DNA of 64,000 nucleotides from NCBI GenBank assembly GCA_963796685.1, contig CAWCMR010000008.1, forward strand, positions 384,001-448,000, given 5' to 3'. This DNA is from an uncultured delta proteobacterium. GTDB lineage: Bacteria > Myxococcota_A > Polyangia > Fen-1088. A program made the translations under genes and the position numbers. A model generated the notes under the pieces. The model worked only from the letters and a program-made list of their open reading frames with translations. It searched no databases and had not been told where the DNA came from. How positions within the stretch are numbered: the first letter of the stretch is position 1; every line of letters begins with the position of its first letter. Shown here piece by piece: positions 42,338-52,335 of this stretch.

Positions 42338-44700
42338 CGGCGCCGTCGGCGCTTACCGCCGTGCATGCGGCGTTCGAGGCGCTCGCGCCAGATCGGCTGT
42401 GCGGAGGTCCCGTCCTCCGTCGAGTCTTCCTCTGCGGCGACGACCAGCTCTTTCACCTTCTTTGGCTTGACCTCGTCAGTGGCTTTGCCCGTGACCTGGG
42501 TCTTGGCCGGAGCCAGGACTGCTTGCCGGGCGGCCATCATGTCCCAGGCAATCATGACGAACCCGAAGAGCGTCGCCAGGGCCATCCAGGTGTACTGTTC
42601 GTCGAGGCCCGTGGGCATGCCGAAGTTCTTCAGCCCGGCCGCGTTCCGTATCGACGACGGAAGAATCTTCGCCAGCCAATCCGGCATGCCCTGGATGGGC
42701 GCCCAGCCTATGAACTGGGTGAACGCCGTCACCCCCATCAGCCATCTGCCCGCCACCTCGTATCTGGCGTAGAGCAGAGCCACCACGATGAGGAAGGCAT
42801 AGTAGTAGCATGTCAGCTCGGCCCCGAACGCGATCAGGGTCGCGGACAAGGCTGTCGCCACCCACGGATCCTCCCCGCGTACGGCCAAGCCGATGAGCAC
42901 GAGGTAGCAGATGATGATTCCGACGTAGAGGGGCCGCGCTTCGCGGAAGCTCTTCAGGCGGGCCTCCTTCCATCGGCTCCACGGATCCACGAGCTGATCG
43001 TTGCGCATGAGACGTCCGACTTCGGAAGGTCGGTAGTCCAGCACGGTTCGCAAGCCCATGTAGTTGGTCAGCGGGGTTTCCGCGTGCTTGATGGTATTAC
43101 GAAAGAACGCCGGATAGGCTTGCGGTCCGCCCGCGGTCACCACGCTGATGGGCATGAGAATCGCCACCGCCACCGCGGCGCCAATGAAAAAGCGCATGAA
43201 ACGCTTCTCGAGCTCGCGATGCTTGACGTAGTGGTAGCCCGCGGCGAGGAGCGGCGCCACGAACATGAAAACCGGAAAAATGCGCAGCAGGGTCGAGTAC
43301 GCCAGACACATGCCCGCGTAGAAGAAACGCTCCTTCTTGAGCAGGCAGACCGCCGCCACCATCCAGAACAGCCAGTCCCAGCGCAGGAGCGAACCGCCGG
43401 TCCAGTACCAGCGCGAAGGGAAATTGGTGGAAAATACGATGAGCGCCACGGTGAGCGTGCGCCAACCGAAGGCCCACCAGATCATCAACGACAGCAAGAC
43501 GATCAAGATGCAATCGATGCTGTCCAGGATGAGCACCTGGGTTCGACTGGCGGGCCCTAAATTGGTGAGGATGGTGCCCAAGATGTTCCACACCGGCGTA
43601 CCGTTGTACCCGTGGTCGGTCTGGGCGTCATCCCAGCGCCGCGCATTCTCCAGGGTGCGGAAGTAGCGCAGATCGTGTTTGAGGGCTTCCCAGCGCGCGG
43701 GGGTGAAGTGCGATTTGCAACGCTCGGGATGGGCCAAGATGTCGGCGGTGGTTTCAACCACGTTGTTGCGCAAGTTGGTCATCTTGCGCAACTCGACCCG
43801 GCGGCGCAGGTTGGGCTCTTCGCTGTCGGCAACGGCCACGCATTCGTACAAGCGCTCGTAGCTCAGCTCTTTGAAGTACTTCGAGCCGATGTAGTAGTGA
43901 AAGGTGTCCCAGCCGTGGATGAAGTTGGGAAAGTGGAAGGAACCGAAGTTGAAGTAGGTCAAGAAGGCCAGCACCCCCATGACCCCGACGAGCGCGTTGC
44001 GCACGCGCCTTCTCGCCGCCAACCGACCCGCATCGCTCAGCTTGCGCTCCCACCACAGGAACGCAATCCCCAGCATGGCCAGGATGAGCTCCCAGCGCGC
44101 ACTGGCATCGTTGTCCCAGTAGTCGAGCAGTTTCTTGGGCGGTACCGCTGCTACAGGCGCGTCCACGACCTTCATCGCGGCCGGGAATGGCGTCGGCACC
44201 TGGCAGTAGGCCGCAACCTCCGAAATCGAGTAGAAGCTGTCGCCGACGCCCTCGCCCACGCGGATGAAACGCGCCGGCATGCCGCCCACGTTGAGCACCC
44301 GGGTCCGCAAGCCGTGGTTGGGCACGGGATCGATTTGCCCGAACACCTTGTAGTCCTTGCCGTCGAGCGAGCCCCAGACGGTGTAGGTGTCGTTGGCATC
44401 GGCCTGGATGGCGAAAGAGCGCAGGTTGGTGACTTGGCCCAGATCCCAGGTCACGGTCGAGGCGCCGGTGTCCAGGATGACCGCGGGCGCGGAATCCCAC
44501 ATCGAGCCTTCAGGCGTTACTTGCTCGTCGGTGAGCAGGCTCAGCTCGCGTCGCACATCCAGCCACTGGACGGGCAGCTTGTGGGCCAGAAGGTTGCCCT
44601 CGGGACAGGCCGGAACCTGGGAAAGATTTTGAGCGCTCGCCGGTGATGGCGAGGTCAGGAGCAGAAACAGGGGCAAAAGGCCCAGAGCAAGGCGTCGCAT
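42334..44700 (-). CDS. Membrane protein: discoidin (F5/8C)-like domain + GT-C/GT87-like polytopic domain
   Basis: Signal peptide; VTWDLG...GSLDGKDY...ARFIRV...YSISEV; HYYIGSKYF, DHGYNGTPVW, LLRIFP; many TMs. Confidence 0.7.
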   Translation of the reverse strand: MRRLALGLLPLFLLLTSPSPASAQNLSQVPACPEGNLLAHKLPVQWLDVRRELSLLTDEQVTPEGSMWDSAPAVILDTGASTVTWDLGQVTNLRSFAIQADANDTYTVWGSLDGKDYKVFGQIDPVPNHGLRTRVLNVGGMPARFIRVGEGVGDSFYSISEVAAYCQVPTPFPAAMKVVDAPVAAVPPKKLLDYWDNDASARWELILAMLGIAFLWWERKLSDAGRLAARRRVRNALVGVMGVLAFLTYFNFGSFHFPNFIHGWDTFHYYIGSKYFKELSYERLYECVAVADSEEPNLRRRVELRKMTNLRNNVVETTADILAHPERCKSHFTPARWEALKHDLRYFRTLENARRWDDAQTDHGYNGTPVWNILGTILTNLGPASRTQVLILDSIDCILIVLLSLMIWWAFGWRTLTVALIVFSTNFPSRWYWTGGSLLRWDWLFWMVAAVCLLKKERFFYAGMCLAYSTLLRIFPVFMFVAPLLAAGYHYVKHRELEKRFMRFFIGAAVAVAILMPISVVTAGGPQAYPAFFRNTIKHAETPLTNYMGLRTVLDYRPSEVGRLMRNDQLVDPWSRWKEARLKSFREARPLYVGIIICYLVLIGLAVRGEDPWVATALSATLIAFGAELTCYYYAFLIVVALLYARYEVAGRWLMGVTAFTQFIGWAPIQGMPDWLAKILPSSIRNAAGLKNFGMPTGLDEQYTWMALATLFGFVMIAWDMMAARQAVLAPAKTQVTGKATDEVKPKKVKELVVAAEEDSTEDGTSAQPIWRERLERRMHGGKRRRRR

Positions 44701-44706
44701 GACCGC

Positions 44707-45291
44707 TCAGTCTATCCTGCTCGTGGCCTCGGCGTAACCTGCCGAGAACACCTTCGTGTAACCCAGCGCACTGTAGTATCCGGCGGCGATTCCCAACCCT
44801 ACCGCCAGGCGCCCTAAATGCCCGAGGTAAGGCTCGGCCGCCGGCACGAGCGCGCTGATGGATAGATAGGTAGGAAAGAAACCCCACATGATGAGGTTGG
44901 TCTTCACCTTGCCGGCCAGGCTGCTCGGAATGTTCATGCGCGCCCCGGCCATGAATCGGCGCAGGCACGTGACCCAGAACTCCCGGAACAGGTACAGGAA
45001 GATGATGTACGGGGGAAAGAAGCCTTGCAAGGTCGCGATGATGAGGATGAACGCCTCGAAGCAGAGGTCGCAGAACTGGTCCAGGATCTCACCCAGCCGG
45101 GTGACCTGCTTGGTGCGGCGGGCGATGTACCCGTCGAGGTAGTCGGTCACGCCGGCCAGAATCGCGAGCGCGATGCCGACGCCGTGCGACACGTAGAAGT
45201 ACACCAACACACCCAGCCAAAGAAGCACGATTCGCGACAACGTAATGATGTTCGGTAAGGTCCGAAGGTCATCCCTGATGGTCGAGCCCAT
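44707..45291 (-). CDS. pgsA: CDP-alcohol phosphatidyltransferase (PgsA-like)
   Basis: LPNIITLSRI, DYLDGYIARRTKQVTRLGEILDQFCD signature, GKVKT. Confidence 0.88.
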   Translation of the reverse strand: MGSTIRDDLRTLPNIITLSRIVLLWLGVLVYFYVSHGVGIALAILAGVTDYLDGYIARRTKQVTRLGEILDQFCDLCFEAFILIIATLQGFFPPYIIFLYLFREFWVTCLRRFMAGARMNIPSSLAGKVKTNLIMWGFFPTYLSISALVPAAEPYLGHLGRLAVGLGIAAGYYSALGYTKVFSAGYAEATSRID

Positions 45292-45358
45292 GGCCCTTTG
45301 ATACCACGAACGGGCCCCGGATTGGCCGAACTGGTCCTCCTGCCTGTACTCTTAGGGG

Positions 45359-46684
45359 ATGTTGAACCCGAGCACGGCTCTACTCCTGGCCGCCCTGATG
45401 GTCATGGCCAACGCCTTCTTCGTGGCCTCCGAGTTCGCCATCGTGAAGATCCGACCCACCCGGGTCAAAGAACTGGCATCGGGCGGCGGGCGACGCGCCC
45501 GGATCTTGTCGAGCGTGACCCGCCGCCTCGACCGGTATCTCTCGGCCAACCAACTCGGCGTTACCCTCGCCTCGCTGGCCTTGGGATGGGTCGGTGAGCC
45601 TGCCTTCGCCTACCTCATCCACCCCTACATGACCTGGCTTGGCCGCCTGACTGGCGCCGCCACGCATTCTCTGGCCCTCGGGTGCAGCTTCGTCGTCATC
45701 ACCTTCTTGCACGCCGTGCTGGGCGAGCTTGTTCCCAAGGCCATCGCCCTGCAGAAGGCCGAGCTGGTGGCGCTGTGGGCCGTGCTTCCCCTGCGCGTCT
45801 TCGCCATCGTGGCATTCCCCTTCATCTGGGCCTTGACCGCGACGGCCAATCTCTTCTTGCGCATGCTTCGGCTTCACCCCGCCTCGGGCGCCGAGATGTT
45901 GCACTCGTCGGACGAGCTGCGCCTGGTGCTTCAACACGTCGAGCTGGATCCCGGCGCCCGCCGCCTGATCGACCGCGTGTTCGACTACACCCACCGGGTC
46001 GCCCGCCACGTGATGACCCTGCGGCGCGATGTCTCGGTCCTGGAGGAAGGCAGGCCCTGGCGCGAAAACATCGAGATCGCCCTGGCCAACCAGTACACGC
46101 GCTACCCGCTGGTCGAGCCCGGCACCGATAGGGTGCTCGGCTACATCCACATGAAGGACATGATGGCGGCGTTGGCCTCGGGGAACGAGCCCAAGCGCAT
46201 GCGCGAGCTGGCGCGCGAGCCCATCTACTGCTCCGAGGAGACCCCGAGCGAGTGGCTGCGCCGCGAGTTCCAGCGCCGGCGCGTGCACATGTCCATCGTG
46301 CTCGGGGCCGGCAACACCTTCGTCGGCGTCGTGACCCTGGAGGATCTGCTCGAGGAATTCGTGGGCGAGATCCAAGACGAGCAAGACGTGGGCGAGATCC
46401 AGCCCATCGTGCGCGGCACCGAGGGGCGCTTCGAGGTGGACGGCCGACTGACCCTGGACGTTGCCGAGCGCGAGCTTGGCGTCGTGTTGCCGGAGATGCC
46501 ACCCGAGATCGACACCCTGGGCGCCTACGTACAGTCCCACCTGGCCCCGCCCCTGCGCCCGGGTCGCGGCGTGGAGATCGCGGGGTTCCGCTTCACCACC
46601 ATCGAGATCCGCGATGGCCGCATCCGCCGCTTGCGCGGCGAGCCCCTTCCGCGCGAGGTCGGCGAGGACTCAGGAGAAGGTTGA
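45359..46684 (+). CDS. Hemolysin/CNNM family protein (DUF21 + CBS pair + CorC)
   Basis: NAFFVASEFA, QLGVTLASLALGWVGEP, GELVPK, YTRYP, VTLEDLLEEFVGEIQDE. Confidence 0.93.
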   Translation: MLNPSTALLLAALMVMANAFFVASEFAIVKIRPTRVKELASGGGRRARILSSVTRRLDRYLSANQLGVTLASLALGWVGEPAFAYLIHPYMTWLGRLTGAATHSLALGCSFVVITFLHAVLGELVPKAIALQKAELVALWAVLPLRVFAIVAFPFIWALTATANLFLRMLRLHPASGAEMLHSSDELRLVLQHVELDPGARRLIDRVFDYTHRVARHVMTLRRDVSVLEEGRPWRENIEIALANQYTRYPLVEPGTDRVLGYIHMKDMMAALASGNEPKRMRELAREPIYCSEETPSEWLRREFQRRRVHMSIVLGAGNTFVGVVTLEDLLEEFVGEIQDEQDVGEIQPIVRGTEGRFEVDGRLTLDVAERELGVVLPEMPPEIDTLGAYVQSHLAPPLRPGRGVEIAGFRFTTIEIRDGRIRRLRGEPLPREVGEDSGEG

Positions 46685-46707
46685 GCCCGTCTTCGCCCAC
46701 GCTTCCG

Positions 46708-47608
46708 CTATAGACCGTCGGCCTTGAACCGCCTCGGCGTCACCCCGAAGCTCTTGCGAAACACCTTGCCGAAGTAGTTCGGGCTGCTGAAGCCGCATCG
46801 ATACGCCATGTCCTTGAGCGAGTACCCGCCGGTCCGGATCAGGTTCGTCGCGTGCTCCAAACGCAAGCGAAGGAGATAGCGGGCCGGGGACGTTCCCCAG
46901 ACCTTGCGAAACTTGCGCGAGAAATGGAACTTGCTCAATTTCGCGACCTGCGCCATCTCGCCGACCCCGATGGGGCGTGCGAGATTCTGACGGCAATAGG
47001 CCTCGACTTCGCCGACGAACGGAGGCGCAGCCCGCGATGGACGCGCCGGAGCATCCGCATGCGACCTACTCTCGTTCAAGAGCTCCATGAGAACGGCATA
47101 GGCAAGCCTCGAGCCGTGGTAAGGCGACTCGATCTTGTGCTCCAGGCCGTCCGCACACGCTTCGGCCGCGCGTGCCAGCGTCGGCGAGTCGGCCGGCAAT
47201 TCCACGATTGGGCCCACCTTGTCGGCAATTCCTCGAATGCACCTGATCACCTCCCTGCCGGCAAGGGTGAGGTAGAAGAACTCCCATTGCTCGCCCTCCT
47301 CGATCCAGCACTGCTCTTCGTGCGGGAAGTAGAGCAACATGGCCTGTCCTGGCTCGACCGACACCTGCCGCTCGAAGAAAGCGCACGTGCCCGCGCCCGC
47401 TCACGGTGTATTGAATGGCGGCCAGTCCGCCGCTGCTCCCCTGCAGACCGCTCCACTTCTGGCTGGGTCCCTTCCCGACCTGGAACCCCACGCTGTGAAT
47501 CTGCGCCGGCAGCGACGCCACCAAGTCCGGAAACACCATGGATTCCTGGTGCCCAAGCTTCTGGAGCCGCGCGATGCCTGGCACACCTGAAACATCACAC
47601 CTGGACAT
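46708..47608 (-). pseudogene. AraC family regulator, +1 frameshift near 47375-47380 (299 aa if corrected)
   Basis: RBS GGAGGAG + ATG 47608; QYTVSGRGHVRF|ERQVSVEPGQAMLL cupin split across frames; C-terminal HTH GFSSPNYFGKVF. Confidence 0.75.
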
Positions 47609-47702
47609 GGCGCTCCTCCAAGAATGTCCTGAGAACGAACAGACGGATCTTCATGGAAACCTCCTCGGGATCGGAACTGTCGCGGACCTGAAACAAGCAC
47701 AT

Positions 47703-47731
47703 AGTGTCCACGTGGGGCACATTTCGGCTCA
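47703..47731 (-). promoter_or_regulatory. Putative ECF promoter TGAGCCG-N17-ACACT for the AraC gene
   Basis: TGAGCCGaaatgtgccccacgtggACACT. Confidence 0.7.
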
Positions 47732-47817
47732 TGCGGATCCGGTTTCGAATCCGATTTCATGGGATGGGGGACGTGACCGAGCGCAATCGCGGAACGGCCC
47801 GCTGCCGAGGTGAGTCG

Positions 47818-49513
47818 CTATTTCGTGAACAGCGTCAAGTCGACCGTCTCGCCCATCTTCTGATAGCCAGCAGGCCCCGGGTGAAGTCCATCTGTTGACC
47901 CTGCTGGATTCCCCGGGGTCCAAGCGGCGTAGGTCGACTGCAACGCCGGAGGACTCTTGCCATCCGTGAGCGCGGCATCGAAATCGATGACGCCGTCGAA
48001 CACCCCGCTCTTGATATATGTGTTGACCTGTTGGCGGACGCTCTCATGACCCGAGCTGTAGTAGCTGTTCCCGTAAAATGGAGTAATGGTTGCTCCGAAG
48101 ATGAGCACACCCTTTGCGTGTGCCTGGCTGATTAGCTGGTCGTAGGCAGCTTTCAGGGAATCGAATGTGGCGTTATTGCTACAGATGTCGTTGACTCCAT
48201 CGAAAACGACCGCGTACTTCACGCCGCTTTGCCCGAGCACGTCGCGCGCGAAGCGACCTTCAGCTCCGGTGCCGTTCCCAATCAGATTGGTCGCGCCGAT
48301 CCCCTGATTCATGGTCGCGACGTTCGCGGTGGCGGCGTTCGCCTGTAGCCGTGCGGCCATGAAGTCCGTCCACCGGTTGTTCTTGTCGTTGTCCGTTCCC
48401 CTGCCGTCGGTGATGGAATCGCCAATCGCGACGACGCCCTTGGCGGAGGCATCGGCCATGACGTCGATGCCCGAGATGTAGTACCAGTGCTGGAACGTCG
48501 TCGCGGATGTCATGCTGGCCGCGTTGAGAGCGGTGCTGCCGCCTGCCAGGTAGGACGTGGTCCTCGAGCCCGAGTGGCCGACGACCTGGCTCGGCACGCT
48601 CCCGAAGGACGTGGTGATGGTAATGTTCCCTTGATTGGGGACGATGAAGTCAATCGGGTCGGACCAGACTTCCTTGTTCTGTGCGATGGTCACCGAGGCG
48701 GTTCCCGAGAAGGCAAGGGCCTTGTCGGTCGAGGTATCGATGGTGCTGTCCACGGTCGGAGTGGCCTTGCAAAGCGCGATATGGGCCGAATTGATGGTGA
48801 CCGATCCATTGCCTCCCAGGTTGGAAAATTGCACGCGAAGCTGGCTGCCACCCAGTGAGACGTGCGTGACCTGACGAAGCACGCTATTCGCCAGCGACGA
48901 CGGAGGCTGGTTGCCCGAATCGTAGTACGGCGAGGCGGTCCAAGTGCCCACCCAGTGCTGCGTTCCCGTGCCGCCGCCCGTCCCGGAGCTACCACCCGAG
49001 CCACCTCCGTCCGCACCGCCCGTTGCCCCGCCAGCGCCACTGGCGCCGCCGGTTGATTTGGTTCCGCCGCTGCCCGCGCCGCCGGACCCGGTCGTGCCAC
49101 CCAATCCTGATGCTCCGCCGCTGCCGCTCGAATCCAGCCATGCCGCCCGCGCCCGAACCACCGTTTCCACCGCCCGCGCCGCCGGCCTTCGAGTTTCCGC
49201 CCTGCCCGCCACCCCCCGTGCCTCCGCCCCCGGCGCTGCCACCTGTTGCACTCCCGCCCTGCCCTGAGGCCCCGGCCGAGGCCTGACCGCCCGAACCCGT
49301 CGTGCCGCCAGCCGAGACACCGCCCGAACCGGAGACACCCCCTGTCGTGCTGCCACCGTGGCCGGATCCACCGTGGCTGCTGGACGCACCAGCCCCTCCA
49401 CCGCTGCCACCGCCCTTCCCGCCTTCGCCGCCGGAGCCGCCACCGTTTGAAGAGCAGCCGACCAGCAACGCGGCGGTAGCAAGGACACGCAACACACTTC
49501 GACTGCTGCTCAT
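47818..49513 (-). pseudogene. SGNH/GDSL hydrolase lipoprotein with Gly-rich linker, +1 frameshift near 49131 (564 aa if corrected)
   Basis: RBS AGGAGG; lipobox LVGC and Gly linker in one frame; HWVGTW, GDSITDG, GVND, DGLHP in the other; GGMAG|SSGSGG joins on removing one base. Confidence 0.8.
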
Positions 49514-49575
49514 CAGACGGATCCTCCTGGGCTTGGGCGAAATCGAGCCATGGCGACCGCAGATTATTCTCGGCC

Positions 49576-49604
49576 AGTGTCCGCGAGTAGCACTTTCCGG
49601 CTCA
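49576..49604 (-). promoter_or_regulatory. Putative ECF promoter TGAGCCG-N17-ACACT for the SGNH gene
   Basis: TGAGCCGgaaagtgctactcgcggACACT. Confidence 0.7.
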
Positions 49605-49657
49605 TGCGATGTCCAGCCGCAAGGGTGTACGCCGCGCAACGACGGCGCGCCGACCGC

Positions 49658-50365
49658 TCAAGGCTCGAAGCGCAAGTCGTCGATCCAGATGTCGAACTGC
49701 TGGCGTGGGTAGATGATGAAGCCGACCAGCTGATCGCGTCGCATGGGGACCAGGGGGTTGCCGAAACCGCTTTGCGCCATCTGATTGAAGCGAATCACGA
49801 AACGCTGCCAGCTGTGAGAAAGCGGAACCTTCGCGGCATAGAAATCCATGCACACCGTGCATCCGCCGCTGTTCCAGGCGTTATCCATGGTCGTCAGCCC
49901 CATGGGCACCGCGAATTCGGGGCCATTGTCGCTGCCAAAGGCGGCCCAGAATGAAATACCGCTCCACTTGCTTCCGTCGTAGGGCAACGCGGTGGAGCTG
50001 CTGCTACGAAAAACAGCGGTCCAGTTGTTGCCCCAGCTCGTGAAGCCCCTGGCCGCAAAGTGGCCGGAGAACTTTCCGCGAGCCACACACTGCGGCGAAA
50101 CCTCGTCGATGAGCTTGCCCGAAGAGCCATCCGAGCCGAGAATCCATGAGCCGTCCCTCCCTGAAACCTGGGCGAGGCGATAGTCCCCGGATTCGAAGTC
50201 GTCGATGAGGCGATCGGCGGGTTCGGCTGCGTAGCTTTCAGGTCCACGCAACGGCTGATCCGGACAGACGGGGTCGACTTCGATCGGCTCCACTGAAGGG
50301 CCGCATCCGAGGCAGATCTGTACTGCGACGAGCACGAAAACGCACGTAGCACCCCAACGTACCAT
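49658..50365 (-). CDS. CBM11/galactose-binding-like lipoprotein
   Basis: Lipobox CLGC; LIDDFESGD, YDGSKWSGISFWA, WQRFVIRF..M.Q.GFG, DIWIDDLRF. Confidence 0.75.
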   Translation of the reverse strand: MVRWGATCVFVLVAVQICLGCGPSVEPIEVDPVCPDQPLRGPESYAAEPADRLIDDFESGDYRLAQVSGRDGSWILGSDGSSGKLIDEVSPQCVARGKFSGHFAARGFTSWGNNWTAVFRSSSSTALPYDGSKWSGISFWAAFGSDNGPEFAVPMGLTTMDNAWNSGGCTVCMDFYAAKVPLSHSWQRFVIRFNQMAQSGFGNPLVPMRRDQLVGFIIYPRQQFDIWIDDLRFEP

Positions 50366-50443
50366 TGTGGACTGAGCCGATCAGGCTTGACGTTGAGACT
50401 ACACAGGATGTCGCGGAAGCGGTAGGGAGAATGGATGCGAGCG

Positions 50444-50472
50444 TGAGCCGGTTTCATCTCCTGGGGAACACT
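50444..50472 (+). promoter_or_regulatory. Putative ECF autoregulatory promoter for sigma 1
   Basis: TGAGCCGgtttcatctcctggggaACACT. Confidence 0.7.
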
Positions 50473-50521
50473 GCCGAATGAATCGAAAGAAGATTACCGG
50501 ACCCAAGAAGACTGCCGGAAG

Positions 50522-51133
50522 ATGCTTACGCCCTTAACCTTCGTCGGTGACGAGCACGCGCTGTTGCAGGCGCTGCGCGCCGGACACCCCGGTGCCGCCG
50601 CGACGTTCTATGACCAGCACGCCGCACACGTGAGCCGAACCCTGCGTTCGGCGCTCGGGGCCGACGAGGAAATTCCGGACCTGCTGCAGGAAGTCTTCAT
50701 TCGGGCCATCGACGGCATCGGCAAGTTGCGCGAGGTCGACCGCGTTGGCGGTTGGCTGACCACCATCGCGATCTTCGTGGCGCGCGCCCAGATACGACGA
50801 CGCGCGCGCCGCAGTTGGCTTCGCGCGTTTTCGCCCGAGCACGCCGGCCCGCAACATCAAGAACAGCCCTCATCGGAAGCGCGCGCCGCACTCCGCGAGG
50901 TCTACGCCGTTCTGGGACAGATCCCCCTCGACGAACGCATGGCATTCACCCTGCGGTACATCGAAGGAATGACCCTACCGGACGCGGCAGAGGCCTGTGA
51001 GACCTCGCTGGCCACATTCAAGCGCAGGCTATCACGCGCCGAAAAACGATTCCTTGAAGCGGCCAGCAAGCGGCCGGTCCTGGAACAATGGCTGAAGGAA
51101 GGGACGCGATGGAACGTCCAGAAAAAGAGCTAG
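50522..51133 (+). CDS. ECF sigma factor 1
   Basis: Region 2 DLLQEVFIRA...GWLTTIA; region 4 LPDAAEACETSLATFKRRLSRA. Confidence 0.92.
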   Translation: MLTPLTFVGDEHALLQALRAGHPGAAATFYDQHAAHVSRTLRSALGADEEIPDLLQEVFIRAIDGIGKLREVDRVGGWLTTIAIFVARAQIRRRARRSWLRAFSPEHAGPQHQEQPSSEARAALREVYAVLGQIPLDERMAFTLRYIEGMTLPDAAEACETSLATFKRRLSRAEKRFLEAASKRPVLEQWLKEGTRWNVQKKS

Positions 51134-52335
51134 CCGAATTCGGATCAGCGGTACGCGAGGCGCTCACGGGCGAGGCCTCGACGAGCGAAGAGATCCGGCA
51201 AGCGCGCGCCGGATTCCTTCAGCATTTCGCCGCGGGCGGCAAAGCAGACGCCGGGTGGGGACGCCGAACCGAGGGGCGCCGCTGGCGCTTTTGGGCGCTT
51301 GCCGGAGCGACGATCGCAGGGGCCGTGGCGCTATGGGCATGGACCACCCGCCCCATCACCTTCCAGGTCGGGGCGTCGGGCACCCCCGGCCAGACCGGCG
51401 ACCTCGTGCGCGGCGCCTCCGAAGGACTGGTCCCGATACGCTTCTCCGAGGGAAGCTCGGTCATTCTGCATGAGGGCACCCGCCTGCGAGTGCTGGCCAC
51501 TGACAACCGCGGCGCACGCATGCTGATCGAGGATGGCACGGTGGATGCGAGCATCGCCAGCGCGACCATCGGCAAGAAGCACTGGAGCTTCGAAGCGGGA
51601 CCCTTCAAGGTCCAGGTGACCGGTACCCGGTTCACGCTGACCTACCGGGCGCATGACCAGTCTTTCGGTCTCGCGACCCACGAGGGGCGGGTCATCGTCT
51701 CGGGCCCTTGCCTAATCGCACCGACGCCCGTGGCGGCGGGTAGCCGACTGGATCTGTCGTGCCTGGCCCGGCGACCGATGGCCCTCCAAACGGCGAGCCT
51801 GTCGCCGCTCCCGTCGGCCGGAACCGAGCACACGGATATCCCCGCGTCGTCGGACAAGGCCGTGCGCACCCCCCAAAGCTGGCGCGAGCTGCTGGCAACC
51901 GGACACCTGCTGGACGCGGTGCGCGCCGCCGAGCGAGCCGATTTCAATCGCGTGTGCCAGACCGCGAGCGCGAAGGATCTGCTGGCTTTGGCCGACGCTG
52001 CCCGGCTTTTCGCGCGCACGGCGAGAGCGGTCACTGCCCTAAGCGCGTTGCGTCGTCGCTTTCCTGCCTCGTCCGAGGCTTCCACCGCGGCCTTCGCGCT
52101 CGGACGCATCGCCTTCGAGCAGAAGCGCGACTACCCGGAGGCCGTCGATTGGTTCACGACCTACCTGCACGAACAGCCTGGCGGGCCGCTACACGGTGAC
52201 TGCGTTGGACGCCTGATGGAGGCCAAGCTTCGTGCAGGCGACCAAGGCGGGGCGCATGCGGATGCGGAACATTACTTGCGCCGATTCCCGGAAGGGCCCT
52301 ACGCTTCGGAAGCGCGAGGCATTCTGGCGAAGTGA
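51109..52335 (+). CDS. FecR-domain transmembrane anti-sigma with C-terminal TPR (copy 1)
   Basis: TM WALAGATIAGAVALWAW; FSEGSSV, AGPFKVQVTGTRF, EGRVIV; AAFALGR...YLRRFPEGPYA. Confidence 0.85.
   Translation: MERPEKELAEFGSAVREALTGEASTSEEIRQARAGFLQHFAAGGKADAGWGRRTEGRRWRFWALAGATIAGAVALWAWTTRPITFQVGASGTPGQTGDLVRGASEGLVPIRFSEGSSVILHEGTRLRVLATDNRGARMLIEDGTVDASIASATIGKKHWSFEAGPFKVQVTGTRFTLTYRAHDQSFGLATHEGRVIVSGPCLIAPTPVAAGSRLDLSCLARRPMALQTASLSPLPSAGTEHTDIPASSDKAVRTPQSWRELLATGHLLDAVRAAERADFNRVCQTASAKDLLALADAARLFARTARAVTALSALRRRFPASSEASTAAFALGRIAFEQKRDYPEAVDWFTTYLHEQPGGPLHGDCVGRLMEAKLRAGDQGGAHADAEHYLRRFPEGPYASEARGILAK

Noticed and set aside
50478-50521. Out-of-frame ATG just after the sigma 1 promoter as a leaderless start with a fifth frameshift
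   Set aside because: The peptide does not align with the sigma 2 N-terminus, and the ORF from 50522 is already complete
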